Of a DNA stretch of 27,869 bases, positions 24,407 to 27,869 are shown one piece after another. A model generated the notes under the pieces. The model saw only the letters and a list, made by a program, of their open reading frames with translations, was not told the origin of the DNA and did not search any database. The position numbers and the translations under genes were made by a program. Source of the DNA: a virus (lineage: Duplodnaviria > Caudoviricetes); the IMG/VR virus record IMGVR_UViG_3300028588_000076, positions 1-27,869 of that record; one strand, 5' to 3'. Position 1 is the stretch's first letter. Every line of letters starts with the position of its first letter.

Positions 24407-27400
24407 CGCATCACCTTACCGTAAATCACTCCATTTCGTGACCAGAACAATATCCAGTCAGTCCCCGAGGTTTTCAGCGTGTAACCTGCCAAGTTAAAAT
24501 TGGTCGTTGTATCACCCGAGCCATCGCCTTTAACCCAGTTGATCAAAGAGGACCACGTAACTGGATAAGCCGCACCATTGATAAGCTCAAGCATCATGAA
24601 TGCTGAAGAGTATGCACGTGGGTGCGCCGTCAGATTGATTGTTGTAGCTGCGGTTGGGGTAACGACGTTATGTCCAACCCATGACAGATTAATTGTTGCA
24701 TTGAATGGAACGGTAATGACTTCAACGGTACAGAGGCTAATCATCGCTCCTTTAATGCCAAAAGCGGAATTAGTCGCCCACGTAAGAGTACCGTTCATAC
24801 TTCCGCCGCCGGAAGATATACGGGAATTAACTTGGTTTTGCAGCTTCCCGAATGCGGTGAGAATCGTATCAGCCGCCGCAACAGTTCCACTTACAGTGCT
24901 ATACCCCGTAAGTGGGGTGGAAAGCTTTGCGTATCCTTCGTCGTTAGTAAGCTGGCTAACTTTAGTCAGATTGCCGCTGTCCCACACCTGCTTCCACTGA
25001 CCCCATCCATTCTGTCCGTCAGGAGTGTCGTCAGTGCGAACCATCAAGCCTTCAGCGTCAGCCAAGCAAACAATTTGAGTTCGCTGCCCCGATTGATCCA
25101 TCTGCAAACCCACTGCATCAGCGGCCCCGGCAGAGATAGGTGCGCCAACTGCTGCACCAGAAGACCCAGGGACAGGTCCAGCGCCGAAGCCGAAGAAGCG
25201 GTTGCCGGATAAGGTATCAAGGTTGGTTTCTTGACGACGCCCGAGGCTCAAGCTGCCGTACATCACAGCATGTCCAGATGTGCGGTCCATATTGAACATC
25301 TCGCGCATTGCAGCGCTATTGTCCCACCCACGGATGACAAAGTTAGAACTGCCGCCATTATCTGCGGCAATTTGCCAACGCATTACACCCAGTGTCTTGA
25401 AGTTCAGGGAACGGTTAAATGCGCCCTCGCCGTCAATATTGAATTCAGTATCCGATTGAGCAGTATCTTTGACAGTCATATTGGCGGTGAATACGTTCAC
25501 TGCCGCCAAGCTACCGTTAGTGGTTACGTTACGACAAATAGTCGCAACGCCAGTCGTATCAGCAGCGTCTTTACCCGCTTGGTAATACATCGCACCACCG
25601 GAAGACAGAATACGACCGGCGATACCACCAGAACCATCGCGGAAAACAATGCCGCCACCATTGCCCGTTTGGAAGGTACTTGCATTCATCACCTGCGCAG
25701 TACTGCCATTCAGGGCGGCTTTACCATTCAGTGCGGTCGAAACATCAGTACCAGCCACGGATAAGGTATTTGCCGACAATCCTCCAGCCACAACTACGCT
25801 GTGAGCCATGTGGACATTGCCGTTGGTCAGATCAATGCGGAAAGGACGCAGTGCGTTAAAGTTTCCGTATGGAGTGGCCGGGTCGGTCAACAGCATGTAG
25901 AAATGCGAATCATCTTTACGCATAACCACGCCGGGAGTGGCACCCGTAGTGACCAGGCGCAAACCATTAAGACTGGTGGAGATAAATTCGTCCGACAGTA
26001 CACGCCCCAAAGCGTCACGAGCCACAACGGTATTGACCGACGAAACATTCGAACTGACACGCCCATTCACCTTGTCGGCGTCATCAGCCTTCTTAACCCG
26101 CGAAGACCATTTGAAGCCACCATCAATAGCAACCGTGTGGGTGCGGAAGCCCCACAGATACCCTTCACCATCCACAGACATGGCGATAGAGCGTGCAGGG
26201 CTGTCCTGAGCAACCAGTGCCACGGTGTATTGAGGGTTCCCGGTGGTGCCGATAGTTCCGTCAAATACGGCGGTGTACAAGCCTGTAGTTTGCTGACTGG
26301 GGGCCGAACCATTGATGTTGAACGTACCCGGCGACTTGAACTCACCATTCATCGACACCGGGCCGGTGAACGTTGCACCAGTTAGGCTTGCCTTACTCGC
26401 CAACGAGTTGGTCATGGTAGTGGCGAAGTTAGGGTCATTACCCAGTGCAGTAGCCAGTTCATTGAGCGTGTCGAGCGCGGCAGGCGCGGAGCCCATCAGG
26501 GTGTTGATGGCAGTAGCAATCTCAGTCTTGACGTATATGGCAGGGGTCAGTTGCTGGGTCGAAGCACCAGCGGCAGGAGAGGGGCCAGTTGGAGTGCCGG
26601 TGAATACCGGCGAAGCCAGGTTGGCTTTGGCATTGATCTGTGCCTGAGCTTTACCGAACGCAGTCTGGATGGTGTCATTCGTTGCGATAGCTGAATTGGT
26701 CAGGGTTACAGCGGTCAGGCCCGAGCCGCGGACAGCACCCGCGATGTCAATCCACTGTCGATCACCACGAAGAAGTTGCGAAGTCGTACCGCCAGCAGGC
26801 AGGGCAACTGCGGCAATGTCAGGCTTGTTGAGAATCAGCGCCTTACCATCGGTGGCATTCCAGTCAGCATTGACTTGACCAGCGGCCATTTGATCGGCGT
26901 AACCTTGAGCGCGATTCGCCTGGGTCAGCGCCGTACCTGCATGACCTTGCGCAGTGTCGCGCGCAGTTTCAGCGGCGGTTTTCGCAGTCTCAGCGGCGGT
27001 CTTTGCGGTTTCAGCCAAACCCTTCGCGATGTTCGTCGCGGTCAACGCCTGGTCGGCGCCAGTCTTGGATGCGGCCGCTTGACCCGCCGAGGTGCTGGCG
27101 GCTTCGGAATAATACTTTGCGCTGTACAGACCGCCGGCGACAACACCGGTAGCGGTTGCCCAGTTCGATGCCAGGGTTGCGCTTGCAGATGCGTCGTTGG
27201 CGTACTTGCGCGCACCGTACAGACCGCCAGCGCCGGTGAAGGTGTTGGTCAGTGAAGTTGCCCAGTTTTGAGCACTGGTGACGTGACCTGCCGCAGTGGT
27301 GACCGAGTTGCCCGCCGTGGTCGCGCTTGCCGCGGCATTGGCGGCATACTGTTTAGCCGAGAAACCCTGACCGGTGACGACTTCGGTCGTGTCTTTGGTG

Positions 27401-27869
27401 GCCCACAGCTTGGCGTTCGCTTCGCTGGCCGCGGCATCAGTGGCGTACTTGCGCGCACCATAAAGCCCACCGGCACCAGTGAAGGTGTTATTGGTTGCGG
27501 TGGCCCAGTTCTGCGCCAGGGTTGCGCTGGTTGCGGCTGCAGTCGCGCGCGTGTTTGCGGTCGAGGCGCTGGTCGACGCGTCAGTGACCTTTTGATCGAT
27601 CGTGGCGACCGCCGGCGTCAGAGTTTCCGACGCTTCGCGCACGCCTTGATACATCGCCGTGATCTCGGTGTAATACTGCGCGTACTGAGCCAGACCTTCG
27701 GGCGCAACCGCCTGCACCAAGTCTTGAATGCGATACATCGCTTTACTGAAGATCGCGGCAGTACCCACGTCACCTTGCGCGATAACGGGAATTTGATCCG
27801 GGAACGTCATATCGACAGCGAACACGCCACGCGCTGACGCGTTGGTGTTGCCAAGATATTTACCGGTCA
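24403..27869 (-). CDS. Long tail fibre protein (5' end outside the window)
   Basis: The frame stays open past the GTG at 27825 to the edge (TGKYLGNTNASARGV...). Ala-rich shaft with WAT...GGLY.A.KYA repeats; ASPVFTGTPT, APAALDTLNELATALGNDPNFATT and FYMLLT....YGNFNALRPF.I fibre motifs. Confidence 0.92.
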   Translation of the reverse strand, partial: TGKYLGNTNASARGVFAVDMTFPDQIPVIAQGDVGTAAIFSKAMYRIQDLVQAVAPEGLAQYAQYYTEITAMYQGVREASETLTPAVATIDQKVTDASTSASTANTRATAAATSATLAQNWATATNNTFTGAGGLYGARKYATDAAASEANAKLWATKDTTEVVTGQGFSAKQYAANAAASATTAGNSVTTAAGHVTSAQNWATSLTNTFTGAGGLYGARKYANDASASATLASNWATATGVVAGGLYSAKYYSEAASTSAGQAAASKTGADQALTATNIAKGLAETAKTAAETAKTAAETARDTAQGHAGTALTQANRAQGYADQMAAGQVNADWNATDGKALILNKPDIAAVALPAGGTTSQLLRGDRQWIDIAGAVRGSGLTAVTLTNSAIATNDTIQTAFGKAQAQINAKANLASPVFTGTPTGPSPAAGASTQQLTPAIYVKTEIATAINTLMGSAPAALDTLNELATALGNDPNFATTMTNSLASKASLTGATFTGPVSMNGEFKSPGTFNINGSAPSQQTTGLYTAVFDGTIGTTGNPQYTVALVAQDSPARSIAMSVDGEGYLWGFRTHTVAIDGGFKWSSRVKKADDADKVNGRVSSNVSSVNTVVARDALGRVLSDEFISTSLNGLRLVTTGATPGVVMRKDDSHFYMLLTDPATPYGNFNALRPFRIDLTNGNVHMAHSVVVAGGLSANTLSVAGTDVSTALNGKAALNGSTAQVMNASTFQTGNGGGIVFRDGSGGIAGRILSSGGAMYYQAGKDAADTTGVATICRNVTTNGSLAAVNVFTANMTVKDTAQSDTEFNIDGEGAFNRSLNFKTLGVMRWQIAADNGGSSNFVIRGWDNSAAMREMFNMDRTSGHAVMYGSLSLGRRQETNLDTLSGNRFFGFGAGPVPGSSGAAVGAPISAGAADAVGLQMDQSGQRTQIVCLADAEGLMVRTDDTPDGQNGWGQWKQVWDSGNLTKVSQLTNDEGYAKLSTPLTGYSTVSGTVAAADTILTAFGKLQNQVNSRISSGGGSMNGTLTWATNSAFGIKGAMISLCTVEVITVPFNATINLSWVGHNVVTPTAATTINLTAHPRAYSSAFMMLELINGAAYPVTWSSLINWVKGDGSGDTTTNFNLAGYTLKTSGTDWILFWSRNGVIYGKVMR
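27110..27516 (-). repeat. Coding repeats in the fibre shaft
   Basis: AQNWAT..TNTFTGAGGLYGARKYA at 27199-27273 and 27442-27516 (243 bp apart), plus two looser WAT...SAK.Y copies. Confidence 0.85.

Noticed and set aside
24403-27869. Diversity-generating retroelement or invertible fibre cassette
   Set aside because: No reverse transcriptase, invertase, adenine-specific TR/VR pair or inverted gene fragments seen; repeat differences are mostly synonymous.

Overview
This window is a segment of a large tailed dsDNA phage genome. A holin/endolysin/two-component spanin cassette points to a Gram-negative host. The gene set (DnaE, CobT/CobS-like vWA+AAA pair, ATP-dependent ligase, primase, DnaB-like helicase, PhoH) resembles, from memory, SSU5/pHCM2-like phage-plasmids; that assignment is an inference, not a search result. 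Nearly all real genes are on the minus strand. In transcription order (right to left) they are: tail fibre and tail accessory genes (27869-18431), lysis cassette (18343-16537), phoH, replication block (15522-10933), WGR/ligase block (10835-7435), then cobT-cobS-sigma-like factor-dnaE (6538-1). A single XRE/HTH repressor (6783-7235) is the only convincing plus-strand gene. The most notable observations are: (1) an 18-bp palindromic operator, TAAGTCA-N4-TGACTTA, found 9 times, mostly on operon promoters; (2) a class of three promoters sharing TCCTGACCG at a fixed spacer position; (3) a phage Hfq/Sm-like protein whose distal and rim RNA-binding faces look remodelled; (4) a cytoplasmic potato-I/I78-type protease-inhibitor-like protein; (5) a 24/25-bp inverted repeat around an AT-rich core (candidate origin); (6) two neighbouring proteins sharing a C-terminal WGA(W/F) tail. 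All family calls come from motifs recognised by eye; no searches were run.
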